DNA from: Theionarchaea archaeon
Lineage (GTDB): Archaea; Methanobacteriota_B; Thermococci; Methanofastidiosales; SZ-28-30
DNA: 64,000 nt
Reading direction: 5' to 3'
NCBI GenBank assembly: GCA_018992685.1
Contig: JACVGT010000009.1
Span: 1 to 64,000 of the forward strand
Position numbers and translations under genes: made by a program. Below the pieces are notes generated by a model. The model worked only from the letters and a program-made list of their open reading frames with translations. It did no database searches and was not told the DNA's origin. Shown here piece after piece: positions 27,681-37,420 of this stretch (positions are counted from its first letter, which is position 1; each line of letters starts with the position of its first letter).

Positions 27681-29240
27681 ATGAAGAGATCGATTGTCAT
27701 CATGCTTCTGTTCATGGGATTGATAACCGTCTGCACAGCAGACGATTCTTACACATCGGTGGTTGTTCTTGCCAATTCCATTGAAAGGGAACTCAATACC
27801 GATTTCATTCAGGATTTGAGGGAGAACAGAGAGGTAATTGTTGTCGATCCTGCAGAGTTTCAGGCTTACAAGTTTTCCCCCCATATCATCATTTTGGGAG
27901 GAGCAAGAGCCCCTGATACAGGGACGATCACAGAGAATGCTCTCCCTTCGCGCGAAAAAGAAGGTGCTTCTCAGTCTATGGTGGTCACGTTCAACGTGTG
28001 GAAGAATGACCAGGTGGTGGTGATACTTGCAGGACCAGACAGAGAGGGCACCAGAGAAGCCTGCGATGAACATTTTCACCACGTTGTATCTCTCTTGGAT
28101 GCTTTGGAGGTTGTATCTGATATTGTTGGTTCATTGCAGTCTCTTGTGTTTCTATGGCCATCTCCTCTGGATCTTTCTGACCAGATCGCTCCTTTTGCTC
28201 CCCTGGCCATGCCCCTCAAGGTCACTGACCTTCCATTTCTCGTTCCACACACTCTGAATGAGGAAACCTGGTTCTTCTGGATGGATGATCGTCCTTCAGC
28301 AAAATTCGCCCATCCCACTCGATTCATCTTCTACGGGATTGCTACAGGGGCCTGCAATGTGTACAGCGAGAAGTGGTGGCCTGTGCTCAATGGAGCACCT
28401 CTGTGGGTGGATTCCACCTCTTACTGGGATGCATCGTACTGGGTTCATAACCCGGGGATTGAGAAACCTCGTGCCTATTCTGCAGGCGCTGATGGCTCCG
28501 GAATTGAGCTCTCCACCTCCCGGGATAGGGCACTTCTTGTCAACGGATGGGGGTCAGGACAACCACTGGGTGGCGACATGGCTGAGGATGAACGGGGAAT
28601 GAGAGAAGCCCTGACTTCAATAGGGATCATGACGGAAACGGCCTTCACGAGGTCTGAAATTGAGCAGGTTCTGACTGCGTGGTCTCAGAAAATGAAACCT
28701 GAAGAGACGCTGCTCATTTACATTACAGCCCACGGAGACAAGGGAATATTCCTGATTCGGAATGCTGTCTTCACCATTCATGATCTGATTACGCTTCTCG
28801 CACTTTTTGATGAAGGAATCCCCATTCACATCATCCTTGATACGTGCAATGCCGGATACTCACTCTCTCCCCTCAAGTCAGAAGTAGAGCTGGTTATGGC
28901 TGCAGCAGGTGAGGGGGATGCAGCCTATGGTGATTGTGATCCTGCAGGGGATATCAATCCGAGTGACTCAGGGAGTGAGTTCACCAGTGGATTAGTTGTT
29001 ACCATCAAGGAGCTGGCCAGAACAGGAAGCAGAATAAATCAGTGGAAAGTCCAGGCAGCTTCCCGGAATTTCAGCTGGTACATCCTGTTGCTCATGGAAT
29101 CATTCACGGCAGCTCGAGAATTAGATATCAATGCACGTTCAGGTGTCACCACACCTCTCATCTGGACAGCAGTCACCGATTTTGACCCACCCACTCAGAG
29201 CCCTCAAGAGGAGAGTGGGTGCCCCTGTGGGGGAGGGTAG
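27681..29240 (+). CDS. Secreted clan CD (C13/caspase-like) peptidase-domain protein
   Basis: Signal peptide from MKRS; LLIYITAHG and ILDTCNAG His-Cys dyad; N-terminal IIILGG..AP / ILAGPDR module. Confidence 0.75.
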   Translation: MKRSIVIMLLFMGLITVCTADDSYTSVVVLANSIERELNTDFIQDLRENREVIVVDPAEFQAYKFSPHIIILGGARAPDTGTITENALPSREKEGASQSMVVTFNVWKNDQVVVILAGPDREGTREACDEHFHHVVSLLDALEVVSDIVGSLQSLVFLWPSPLDLSDQIAPFAPLAMPLKVTDLPFLVPHTLNEETWFFWMDDRPSAKFAHPTRFIFYGIATGACNVYSEKWWPVLNGAPLWVDSTSYWDASYWVHNPGIEKPRAYSAGADGSGIELSTSRDRALLVNGWGSGQPLGGDMAEDERGMREALTSIGIMTETAFTRSEIEQVLTAWSQKMKPEETLLIYITAHGDKGIFLIRNAVFTIHDLITLLALFDEGIPIHIILDTCNAGYSLSPLKSEVELVMAAAGEGDAAYGDCDPAGDINPSDSGSEFTSGLVVTIKELARTGSRINQWKVQAASRNFSWYILLLMESFTAARELDINARSGVTTPLIWTAVTDFDPPTQSPQEESGCPCGGG

Positions 29241-29272
29241 CCCCTTTGTCCAGGAACTTGGTGTCCAATCAC

Positions 29273-31000
29273 CTACTCTACTGTTACACTCTTGGCGAGG
29301 TTTCTGGGCTTATCAATGGGGAGACCTCGTTCTCTGGCTATGTAGTATGCCAGCATCTGACCAATAACAGTAGCTAATATGGCGAATTTGCCATCGGAGG
29401 AAGTCTCCAGCAGGAAGTCAGGAGAAAATTCCGAATTGTTTGATATAATAATGGTCCGGGCACCGCGGGCCTGAACCTCTTTAGTATTGGATTCCATTTC
29501 AAAGTCCTCGTCGGGAATCAAACACACCACAGGAGTCCCGTCTTCAATGAGGGCTATAGTCCCGTGCTTCAGTTCTCCTCCCATCATTCCCTCCGCATGG
29601 ACGTAGGCAATCTCTTTCAGCTTCAGTGCAGACTCACGTGCCACAGGATAGGACAGTCCTCTGCCAATCAAGTAGATGTCCTGGCACTCTCGAAGTTCTC
29701 TTGCCAGGATTTTCACCTGTTCTTCATTGGTGTCAATGCACTCCTTAATTCTTCGAGAAACGGTATCCAGGTTCACCACATACCCGAATTTCTGGGCCAG
29801 AGCCAGCAGGGTGATAACCTGGTTGGTATATGTCTTGGTGGAGGCTACACAGATTTCCTGTCCTGTCAAAATCTCTATAGACAGTTCAGACATTCTCTGT
29901 ATGGTGGAATATGGGACATTGACAATGGAGGCAATCCTGGCTCCCTGTTCCCTGGCATGCTTTAGTGCTTTCAGTACATCCATGGTTTCTCCACTTTGGG
30001 AAATAGCTATTATCAGGGTTTCTTCATCACACGTCACGTAGTTTCTGAATTCAGATGCGATAATGGTCTGTGTTTCCACCCCCGTGTCATGGAAGAAATG
30101 GACTCCCAGGAGTGATGCGTGGTAGCTGGTGCCTGCAGCCACAAAAACCACTTTCCTCGATTGCCGTACCAGATCAGAAAGGACATCCAGCTTGTGGGCC
30201 TGGTCGGTTTTCAAGGACGTAACCAGCCGCTCTGCCACAACAGGTTGCTCATGAATTTCCTTTATCATGTAGTGAGGGAAGTCTTTTTCAATTTCTGTGT
30301 AGGTGACCTTGAATTCCCTGATCTCCTTGGCAATGGGAGTTCCATGCTTGAAAAAGGTGTAGCCTGTGGCCGTGACTTCGGCCATCTCGTAATCTTCAAA
30401 GAAGATCGCCTTCTGCGATCTCTCACTGAACGCAAAAATATCTGAGGACACCACAAATCCCTCAGGTAACAAGCCGAGAACCAGAGGAGAATCCTTCTTA
30501 AAAGCGTAGATCTTCTCTTCCCCTCTGGGCAGCAGGAGGACAGCGTACGTCCCCTTCGCTTCTGCCATGAACATATCAATACTTTCCTTGATGGTGAATC
30601 CCTCTCTCATCTTCTCCTCAATGAAATGAGCGATGACCTCTGTATCTGTTTCAGACATGAAGTGATGATCCTGCAACCTGTCCCGCAACCGTTCATAGTT
30701 TTCAATAATACCATTGTGGACAATAAAGAACTGATCGTTGCACGCTGCGTGAGGATGGGCATTCTCCCTTGTGACACCACCATGCGTAGCCCAGCGGGTG
30801 TGGGAAATGGCAGCTCGTGTTCTGTATTCTGGCACTGTCGTGAGAAAATCATCTATTTCGCCTATGTCCTTCTGCAGGGACCCTTCTACTGTTGCATATC
30901 CAACAGAATCATATCCCCGGTACTCCAGTCGTTTCAATGCCTTGAGGAGCTCTATCGTGGTGAACTCTTCCCGGGAGATCATTCCGACAATTCCACACAT
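29273..31000 (-). CDS. glmS: Glutamine--fructose-6-phosphate transaminase
   Basis: MCGIVG, HTRWATHG, SQSGET, ELKHG and PRNLAKSVTVE motifs. Confidence 0.97.
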   Translation of the reverse strand: MCGIVGMISREEFTTIELLKALKRLEYRGYDSVGYATVEGSLQKDIGEIDDFLTTVPEYRTRAAISHTRWATHGGVTRENAHPHAACNDQFFIVHNGIIENYERLRDRLQDHHFMSETDTEVIAHFIEEKMREGFTIKESIDMFMAEAKGTYAVLLLPRGEEKIYAFKKDSPLVLGLLPEGFVVSSDIFAFSERSQKAIFFEDYEMAEVTATGYTFFKHGTPIAKEIREFKVTYTEIEKDFPHYMIKEIHEQPVVAERLVTSLKTDQAHKLDVLSDLVRQSRKVVFVAAGTSYHASLLGVHFFHDTGVETQTIIASEFRNYVTCDEETLIIAISQSGETMDVLKALKHAREQGARIASIVNVPYSTIQRMSELSIEILTGQEICVASTKTYTNQVITLLALAQKFGYVVNLDTVSRRIKECIDTNEEQVKILARELRECQDIYLIGRGLSYPVARESALKLKEIAYVHAEGMMGGELKHGTIALIEDGTPVVCLIPDEDFEMESNTKEVQARGARTIIISNNSEFSPDFLLETSSDGKFAILATVIGQMLAYYIARERGLPIDKPRNLAKSVTVE

Positions 31001-31120
31001 GGGTTACCGAATATTCCCTCCTATTTGAACGTTTCTCACAAACAGTTATACTGCTGATATTGTGAGAATTACTGTGATATAGACTGTGCTCAAACTGCGA
31101 GTTAACCCTTCCAATCAATT

Positions 31121-32047
31121 TCATCTCATCAATAGTGCCACCAACACTGATATAATCCCACATGTGCCCCCCAACATCCAGAGCAAGGTCACCAGGGTCT
31201 TCTCCGTGAGAGGAACCGTTCTACTGAGGACATTGGCGACAGAAAGATAGGGTGGTGGGTGTAACCGTCCTTTGATCACCTTGGTAGGTCCGTAGGATTT
31301 CCCGGTGAACCCTATTGGCACTTTCAGAAAAAACTCAGTGATGGCTGGGAGGAGAGCAATCACTCCCAGAAGTTCTATCTTTCCCAGGATTACAGAGCTT
31401 GCAATCACAGCTCCAATGGGAAGGGTACCCGTATCTCCTGGAAAGATGTGTGCTGGGTACTTGTTGAAGATGAGGAAGGCCAGAAGTGAGAGCCACAGCG
31501 AGCCCAAGATGAGTTGGGACGGCTCTCTCTTGAGAATGAGACAGCACACTGCCAGAGAGAAAGCAGCAATCGCCCCCATTCCTGCTTCTTCTCCATTGAA
31601 TCCTGCCAGGATATTGGTGGCGTTGGAGCAGGCACAGACCCCCAGTATGACCAGTACGTAGTAGAACCACGAAAAATCCACCGACCATACCACCAGGTCT
31701 ACAGTCGTATCTGTGGTGAGGAAGAGCAAGGGTACGCCCAGTCCCATGGAGAGCGCCAGTTTTTTCACCTGGGACATCCCCTTCAGGTCATCATATGCTC
31801 CCAATGTTGCAGAGAGAAGGAGAACACAGGTGACTGCTGCATAATCTGGCGTGCCCAGGAGGATGAAGGCTATTCCCAAGACAATGGTGAGGCTCAGAAC
31901 ATACGAGACTCCTCCCATTTCAGGTATGTCCAGGATGATGGGTTTGTGGACGTCTTTTCCTGTGATGTTGTGGGCTTTCATAAAATGAGCAATCCAGGGA
32001 GTGGTGATCAAGGTGATAACAAATGCGAGTCCAGCGTACAGGATCAT
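31121..32047 (-). CDS. UDP-GlcNAc--dolichyl-phosphate GlcNAc-1-phosphotransferase (AglH/GPT, MraY family)
   Basis: GKDVHK..PEMGG, GAYDD, NATNILAGFNGEEAG and FNKYPA.IFPGDTG motifs. Confidence 0.9.
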   Translation of the reverse strand: MILYAGLAFVITLITTPWIAHFMKAHNITGKDVHKPIILDIPEMGGVSYVLSLTIVLGIAFILLGTPDYAAVTCVLLLSATLGAYDDLKGMSQVKKLALSMGLGVPLLFLTTDTTVDLVVWSVDFSWFYYVLVILGVCACSNATNILAGFNGEEAGMGAIAAFSLAVCCLILKREPSQLILGSLWLSLLAFLIFNKYPAHIFPGDTGTLPIGAVIASSVILGKIELLGVIALLPAITEFFLKVPIGFTGKSYGPTKVIKGRLHPPPYLSVANVLSRTVPLTEKTLVTLLWMLGGTCGIISVLVALLMR

Positions 32048-32147
32048 GCCGTAGTTTAGGGATAGCAAAGATAAAGGTTCCGGTTGTAAAATGTGGGGTA
32101 CGATTGTCCCCCTCAAATCTTATATTATACCTCTGGTTGATAGTATC

Positions 32148-32933
32148 ATGAATCGCTGGATTTATGTGCTCATTTGCGTGCTGCTGGTGGGTTCGGCCGC
32201 TGTTGTTGCATACTACGGGTATGAACATGAAGAGCGATCGGAGCCCGCACCCGAGTCGGCCTCGGAACTAACCCCGAACTCGTGGAATTTGACTGCCTTG
32301 AGAGAAGCGAATGAAGAGATGAGAAAGGAAATTGGACTCAGGGTTTTCAGCGAGCTTTCTTCAGAAGGTATTGAGGAGGCACAAACCATTGCACACTCAG
32401 ATACGGTGGTGGCTGCAGTCCTACAGCGGCTCGGAGAATGTACACCCGAGGTTTTTGGAGGACCTTCAGGAAGAATTGCAGTTCTCAGGTATACCTCAGA
32501 GGAATGGGTGGCCCAGGTGACAGTTGATCTTGAAGAAGATGAGGTCGTTGCAGTCACCCTGAATAAGGGAATCCTCCCTCCATCTGACCTTTTGACTTTG
32601 GTTCATCTTGCAGAAAGAGAGGTGCCGGTACACGTCGTTGGTACGCCCCTGTTGAGGAAAGTCTCACCCTCAAGAGAGGGTGCTGAGGTTGTGTTTCTCA
32701 CTGATGAGGGTACGATAGAAATCCGGGTTAACGGTGAACAGGGAAGAGTGATACAGTTTGAGAAAACTCCACGTTCTCTGTGGGAAGGACGCCCCCTGAG
32801 ATGGTTATGGGTTCTCATACCCGCTTCAGCAGTCGTGCTCATACTCGTTTTCTGGGTTATTTCCAGAAGACCTCCTCCAGCTGGAGGGACTGAACCAACG
32901 CCAGAAGAAGAGGCAGAACCTGAATCAGGTTGA
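32148..32933 (+). CDS. Hypothetical exported protein with N- and C-terminal TM segments
   Basis: Hydrophobic N-terminus, two similar beta-rich segments and a C-terminal TM. Confidence 0.65.
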   Translation: MNRWIYVLICVLLVGSAAVVAYYGYEHEERSEPAPESASELTPNSWNLTALREANEEMRKEIGLRVFSELSSEGIEEAQTIAHSDTVVAAVLQRLGECTPEVFGGPSGRIAVLRYTSEEWVAQVTVDLEEDEVVAVTLNKGILPPSDLLTLVHLAEREVPVHVVGTPLLRKVSPSREGAEVVFLTDEGTIEIRVNGEQGRVIQFEKTPRSLWEGRPLRWLWVLIPASAVVLILVFWVISRRPPPAGGTEPTPEEEAEPESG

Positions 32934-32977
32934 AAGCTTGAGTATTCTTTTCCTCTCTTGTTTCCTTTTTTGTGTGG

Positions 32978-34084
32978 CTATCGCTTTACCTTTGACTGGG
33001 CCCGCAATATGGCTTCAACAAAATCTTTTGCAGTGACTCCTGCCAGCGTGATTCCCTCCTTCTCAAGGAATGTGTCGATTTTCTCTGCCAAAACCTTTTT
33101 TCGTATCTTCATTCCTATTAATTCATTTTCCAACTTTTCCAGGGATTCTGCAGGCTCGTAGAAGAAATCACCGGAGATCAAAATATCGTTGATTCGTCCG
33201 TGTGCTGTCTCAATGGTGATTCGTATGAGCTTGTCTGCTTTGTGGGAAGCCTCGCACACCATGACGCCACCTGCCACTTTTGTGCACTTGGCCTTCACGA
33301 GTGACAAGAGTCGTTCCCTTCTTTGAGAGGTTTTGTGCAGCCACTGGTCAGATTCAAGCCGTGCTATGATCCCGGAAAGGTACTCATTTTCCAGGGCAGT
33401 CAATTCACCAGGGGCTAGGGATACGCCCAGGAGCTTCTGATATTCTTCTACCAGACGGTCAACGACAGTTTTCCGGTCTGGAACAGCACCAAGTTCCCTC
33501 CTGAAAGAGGTCATGTACTTTTCGAGGGACTGCACCATCTTGTCTCTGAATTTCTCTGAAGGAACCTTGAGGACGTTTACCATGACCTCGGTGTTGATAT
33601 CGAAGATTACATTGCCGATGAGAACAATGGCATCATCAAATGTCACGGCTCCGTTGCCAGAAGCTTTTCTCCGCTGGATAAGTACGTCATTGATAGGCCT
33701 GTATACTGCCGGAAGGCCAAAATGCTGGTAGACATTGACTGTGGGCTGCAGAAACTTGCTGTAAAAGGGTTCCACACCCAGAGGGACAGCAGGATCATCT
33801 TTGTGAACAACAATCTGGTAAAACTGCTGGTTGGAGTCGAGATAGACAGCTCCTCCCCCTGTCTGTCTTCTCACCACAGGGATACTATGCTGGTTGCAGT
33901 ATTCAACATCGACTTCCTTTTCCAGTTCCTGGTGAATTCCGATACACACATAGGGAGATTCAGGATAGATGAGAATAATAGTATTGGGGGCATGGGTCTC
34001 AGTGACCGCTCTGGCAACAGCCTCATAGACACTCTGTATGTAGTATCCATCTTTCTGGTCCAGGGTTAAGAGTCGCCATTCCAT
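32978..34084 (-). CDS. lplA: Lipoate-protein ligase A
   Basis: RRQTGGGAVYLD, NDV..RKASGNG and C-terminal ISGDFF domain. Confidence 0.92.
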   Translation of the reverse strand: MEWRLLTLDQKDGYYIQSVYEAVARAVTETHAPNTIILIYPESPYVCIGIHQELEKEVDVEYCNQHSIPVVRRQTGGGAVYLDSNQQFYQIVVHKDDPAVPLGVEPFYSKFLQPTVNVYQHFGLPAVYRPINDVLIQRRKASGNGAVTFDDAIVLIGNVIFDINTEVMVNVLKVPSEKFRDKMVQSLEKYMTSFRRELGAVPDRKTVVDRLVEEYQKLLGVSLAPGELTALENEYLSGIIARLESDQWLHKTSQRRERLLSLVKAKCTKVAGGVMVCEASHKADKLIRITIETAHGRINDILISGDFFYEPAESLEKLENELIGMKIRKKVLAEKIDTFLEKEGITLAGVTAKDFVEAILRAQSKVKR

Positions 34085-34427
34085 GTGCAACCCTGTATTA
34101 CTGGTTTAAAAATGTTTCTTTGTTGATGGCATGACGCACAAGTCAGTATTCAACATTTTGTTGGAGTACTATTCACCGGGTGATCTGAGGTGTGGACAAG
34201 CATGACAGCCATATGCCAAGAACCATAACGGTTTGAGGAGCTGAACTGCTTAAAGGTTCAATTCTGGAACTCTTCTGAGTGAAGGTTGGCTTGTTCCTGC
34301 TGATGTGGAATCCATGGTACGATCTTGAACAAATACCTTTACCAACCGTTAAGTTTATAAACATGTCTGACAAAACCCTCAATGCAGACTGAAATAACCA
34401 AGCAATATCAAGTTCTAAGGTGATAAT

Positions 34428-36059
34428 ATGGCTCGAATTCGTGAAGGAGAAATTATGAAAGAAGGGACAGAACGCTACGTCGCCAGAGATGCTCAAAGAA
34501 TGAACATACTGGCAGGACGAATTGTAGCGGAAACTGTCAAGACAACCCTGGGTCCGAAAGGCATGGATAAGATGCTTGTGGATTCCATGGGCGATGTGGT
34601 CATCACCAATGATGGCCATGTGATACTGAAGGAAATGGATATAGCCCATCCCGCCGCAAAAATGGTGGTGGAAGTATCCAAGACACAGGAAGATGAAGTT
34701 GGAGATGGAACCACCACAGCCGCTGTCCTCACAGGAGAGTTCCTGAAAAGGGCAGAAGAACTGCTTGACCAAAAAATCCATGCTTCTGTAATTGCCAAAG
34801 GATTCAGGACAGCATCAGAAGAAGCTGTCAAGATTCTGAAACAGATCAGCAAGGAGAAGTTTGACGATGATACTGTAAAGAAAGTGGTGGAGACTACGCT
34901 AACTGGAAAAGGAGCAGAAACTGGAAAGGAGCACCTTGCACAATTGGCTTTGGAGGCTGTAAAAGCGGTGGCCGTTGATCATCAGGTTGATCTTGACGAC
35001 ATCAAGCTGGAAAAGAAGGAAGGAGGCAGTCTGGAAAGTTCGAAACTCATCAAAGGAATCGTAGTGGACAAGGAGGTCCTCCATTCAGACATGCCCAGGA
35101 AGATATCTGATGCAAAGATTGCCTTGATCAATGCTGCTTTGGAAATCGAGAAAACAGAAACGTCAGCTGAGATCCGCATCACGTCACCGGATCAGCTCCA
35201 GGCATTCATGGATGAAGAAGATAAGATGCTCAAGAAGATCGCTGACACGGTGAAGAAATCCACTGCGAATGTCATATTCTGCCAGAAGGGTATTGATGAC
35301 CTGGTTGCCCACTATCTGGCCAAGGAAGGTATCATGGCTGCTCGAAGGCTGAAGAAGAGCGACATGGAGAAACTGGCCAAAGCCACAGGAGGCAGAGTCG
35401 TCACCAACATTCACGAGCTTTCTTCTGGTGACCTCGGGTACGCAGGACAGGTAGAAGAGCGGAAAATCGCCAAGGATGAAATGATTTTCGTGGAAGACTG
35501 CAAGAACCCCAAGTCAGTGACTATTTTCCTGAGAGCAGGGACGTCTCACGTGGCCGAAGATCTGGAACGATCCATGCACGATGCCATCAGTGTGGCAGCG
35601 GCAGTATACCAGCACAAGGCTGTTGTTCCTGGCGGTGGAGCAGTTGAGACCGAATTGTCCAGGAGACTGCAGGAATTTGCAGGATCTGTGGGCGGCAGGG
35701 AGCAGCTGGCAGTGAAGGCCTTCGCAGAAGCTCTGGAAGTCATTCCACGGACCCTTGCAGAGAACGCGGGACTTGATCCTATCGATGTTCTGGTGAAATT
35801 GAGAGAGAAGCACTCCAAAGATGGGACCAGCTTCGGACTGGACGTGTTCCAAGGAGAAGTAGTGGACATGGAGCAGGCAGGCGTTCTTGAACCCACAAGA
35901 GTGAAAGAACAGGCTATAAAATCAGCTTCAGAAGCAGCAGTAATGATCCTCAGAATTGACGATGTCATTGCTGCCACCGAACTGAGGAGACCAGAAATGC
36001 CCGAAGGCGGCCCAGGAATGGGCGGCATGGGCGGCATGGGCGGCATGCCACCAATGTAA
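34428..36059 (+). CDS. ths: Thermosome (group II chaperonin) subunit
   Basis: [26 protein letters not shown] and GGM tail. Confidence 0.98.
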   Translation: MARIREGEIMKEGTERYVARDAQRMNILAGRIVAETVKTTLGPKGMDKMLVDSMGDVVITNDGHVILKEMDIAHPAAKMVVEVSKTQEDEVGDGTTTAAVLTGEFLKRAEELLDQKIHASVIAKGFRTASEEAVKILKQISKEKFDDDTVKKVVETTLTGKGAETGKEHLAQLALEAVKAVAVDHQVDLDDIKLEKKEGGSLESSKLIKGIVVDKEVLHSDMPRKISDAKIALINAALEIEKTETSAEIRITSPDQLQAFMDEEDKMLKKIADTVKKSTANVIFCQKGIDDLVAHYLAKEGIMAARRLKKSDMEKLAKATGGRVVTNIHELSSGDLGYAGQVEERKIAKDEMIFVEDCKNPKSVTIFLRAGTSHVAEDLERSMHDAISVAAAVYQHKAVVPGGGAVETELSRRLQEFAGSVGGREQLAVKAFAEALEVIPRTLAENAGLDPIDVLVKLREKHSKDGTSFGLDVFQGEVVDMEQAGVLEPTRVKEQAIKSASEAAVMILRIDDVIAATELRRPEMPEGGPGMGGMGGMGGMPPM

Positions 36060-36061
36060 TC

Positions 36062-36086
36062 TCCTTTTTTTCTTTTCTGTTTTTTG
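36062..36086 (+). terminator. Oligo-T archaeal terminator after the thermosome gene
   Basis: TTTTTTTCTTTTCTGTTTTTT immediately after the stop. Confidence 0.6.
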
Positions 36087-36154
36087 GTGTCTTATTGAAA
36101 TCTTGTGATCTATTCTTGGGGAACAGGTTACAGACTGAGACGGGCTCCCTTCTT

Positions 36155-36898
36155 TTAGGGAGACACGGAGACGAGTTCTCTTTCTAAAAGTGCCAGTTCT
36201 TCATCTTCAAGAACTCGTGGGTCTACCAAGGTAATAAAACGAGATTTATAGATTTTTACGAATTCAATAATGGAATGGACGAATCTCAGCATGCGATCAA
36301 TTCCATTGTGCACAATCAGATACTCCATCCCCTCCAGTAACACAGTCGCCCGGGGGGCTGCTTCAAAGAATTCCTGAATTGTCAGGTGCAGCCGGGCCAG
36401 ATTTGTCGGATCAAGGTTGCTGTCCTCTGTGGTTGTTTGATTGAGTTGAACCACAGGAATCCTCCTTAAAGGGAGAATCCCAGAGAGAACCTCAGGGGAT
36501 TGTCTCATGACAATCAAGCCAAAATCTCCCCGGATAATCCTGTCTGTGAACAGGTTAAGGCTCTCTTCGAGCACCCTTTCTTTTACCAGAAATCCCTGTC
36601 CTTCAGGAAGACTGTCCCTCATGACCACGGGAGTGATGAAAGGGCACTGGTGCGAATATGTCCGGTACACTGCGCAGTGGAGAATATCAGGACACTCAGT
36701 ACACACGGTATCCTTCTTACTGGCACATTGAAACAATTGACAGGATGACCGCGTCTTCTCGTTCCCCTGTGGGCAGCTTGGACAGTGTCCTTTCTGGTAA
36801 GATAAACACTGAGAACACATAGCACCGCATCGTGCATCAGGAGGTACATCAGTGTCCTGCGAAAGAGACAACTTGATCCGGAGCAAGGTGCCTGACAT
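36155..36898 (-). CDS. Cys-rich (DUF3795-like) domain fused to DUF835
   Basis: CGAMCSQC..CPSC..C..C..CTEC; C-terminal DPTNL..VLLEGMEYLIVHNG..LALLERE. Confidence 0.8.
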   Translation of the reverse strand: MSGTLLRIKLSLSQDTDVPPDARCGAMCSQCLSYQKGHCPSCPQGNEKTRSSCQLFQCASKKDTVCTECPDILHCAVYRTYSHQCPFITPVVMRDSLPEGQGFLVKERVLEESLNLFTDRIIRGDFGLIVMRQSPEVLSGILPLRRIPVVQLNQTTTEDSNLDPTNLARLHLTIQEFFEAAPRATVLLEGMEYLIVHNGIDRMLRFVHSIIEFVKIYKSRFITLVDPRVLEDEELALLERELVSVSP

Positions 36899-37050
36899 CA
36901 GGAGAACCTCCTGCTTTCAAACCTGACCACAACTATACTCGTCCAACATATCAGTAGCAGCATCAGTTCTCGGCCGGTGATCAAGGCACATAATGTGGCT
37001 CTCTGCATCCATCTCTTGTAGGTACTCTGACCATAAAAAGCTATTTGTGG

Positions 37051-37407
37051 TTACAGTGTGTCACTAACTGAGAAATCGATGTCTCCGAATTCTTTGGTGG
37101 TGGCACCGATTCCAATGGTGTGTTCTCCTGGAGACAAGTTCTTGTCCTGTACGGAAAGTGTCACTTTTACACCAACATTCAGGGGAACCGTATTGGAATC
37201 AGAAATCTGAGTAGCAGGTACAGAGATGTCTCCTGCAGCAACTGCTATCCTGTCTTCTGGCACCGGCTTATTGTCCACAGTCAGGCTCATCTTGGTTACA
37301 GTAGCGTCCATTAAATTGTTTTTTATGACGAGTTGATATCCATTCTCAGTATTCTTCAGACTTCCTTTCTGGTACAGTTTTTTCAGCATGAAAGAAGGAA
37401 CTTTCAT
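37051..37407 (-). CDS. Small beta-sandwich protein (DUF6379-like), directly downstream of the RLP gene
   Basis: PSFMLKKLY.KGSLKN..G..LVIKN; GAGGTGA SD; 13-nt gap to the RLP stop. Confidence 0.7.
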   Translation of the reverse strand: MKVPSFMLKKLYQKGSLKNTENGYQLVIKNNLMDATVTKMSLTVDNKPVPEDRIAVAAGDISVPATQISDSNTVPLNVGVKVTLSVQDKNLSPGEHTIGIGATTKEFGDIDFSVSDTL

Positions 37408-37420
37408 ATCATCACCTCTC

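Noticed and set aside
31062-31079. Third copy of the island motif upstream of glmS
   Set aside because: Only AATTACTG matches and the TCGCAAT half is absent, which is compatible with chance.
34338-34352. Heat-shock operator-like TTTAC-N5-GTTAA before the thermosome TATA box
   Set aside because: The palindrome is imperfect and I found no convincing copy upstream of cdc48.
36016-36048. GGCGGCATG tandem repeat
   Set aside because: It encodes the ordinary GGM tail of chaperonins.
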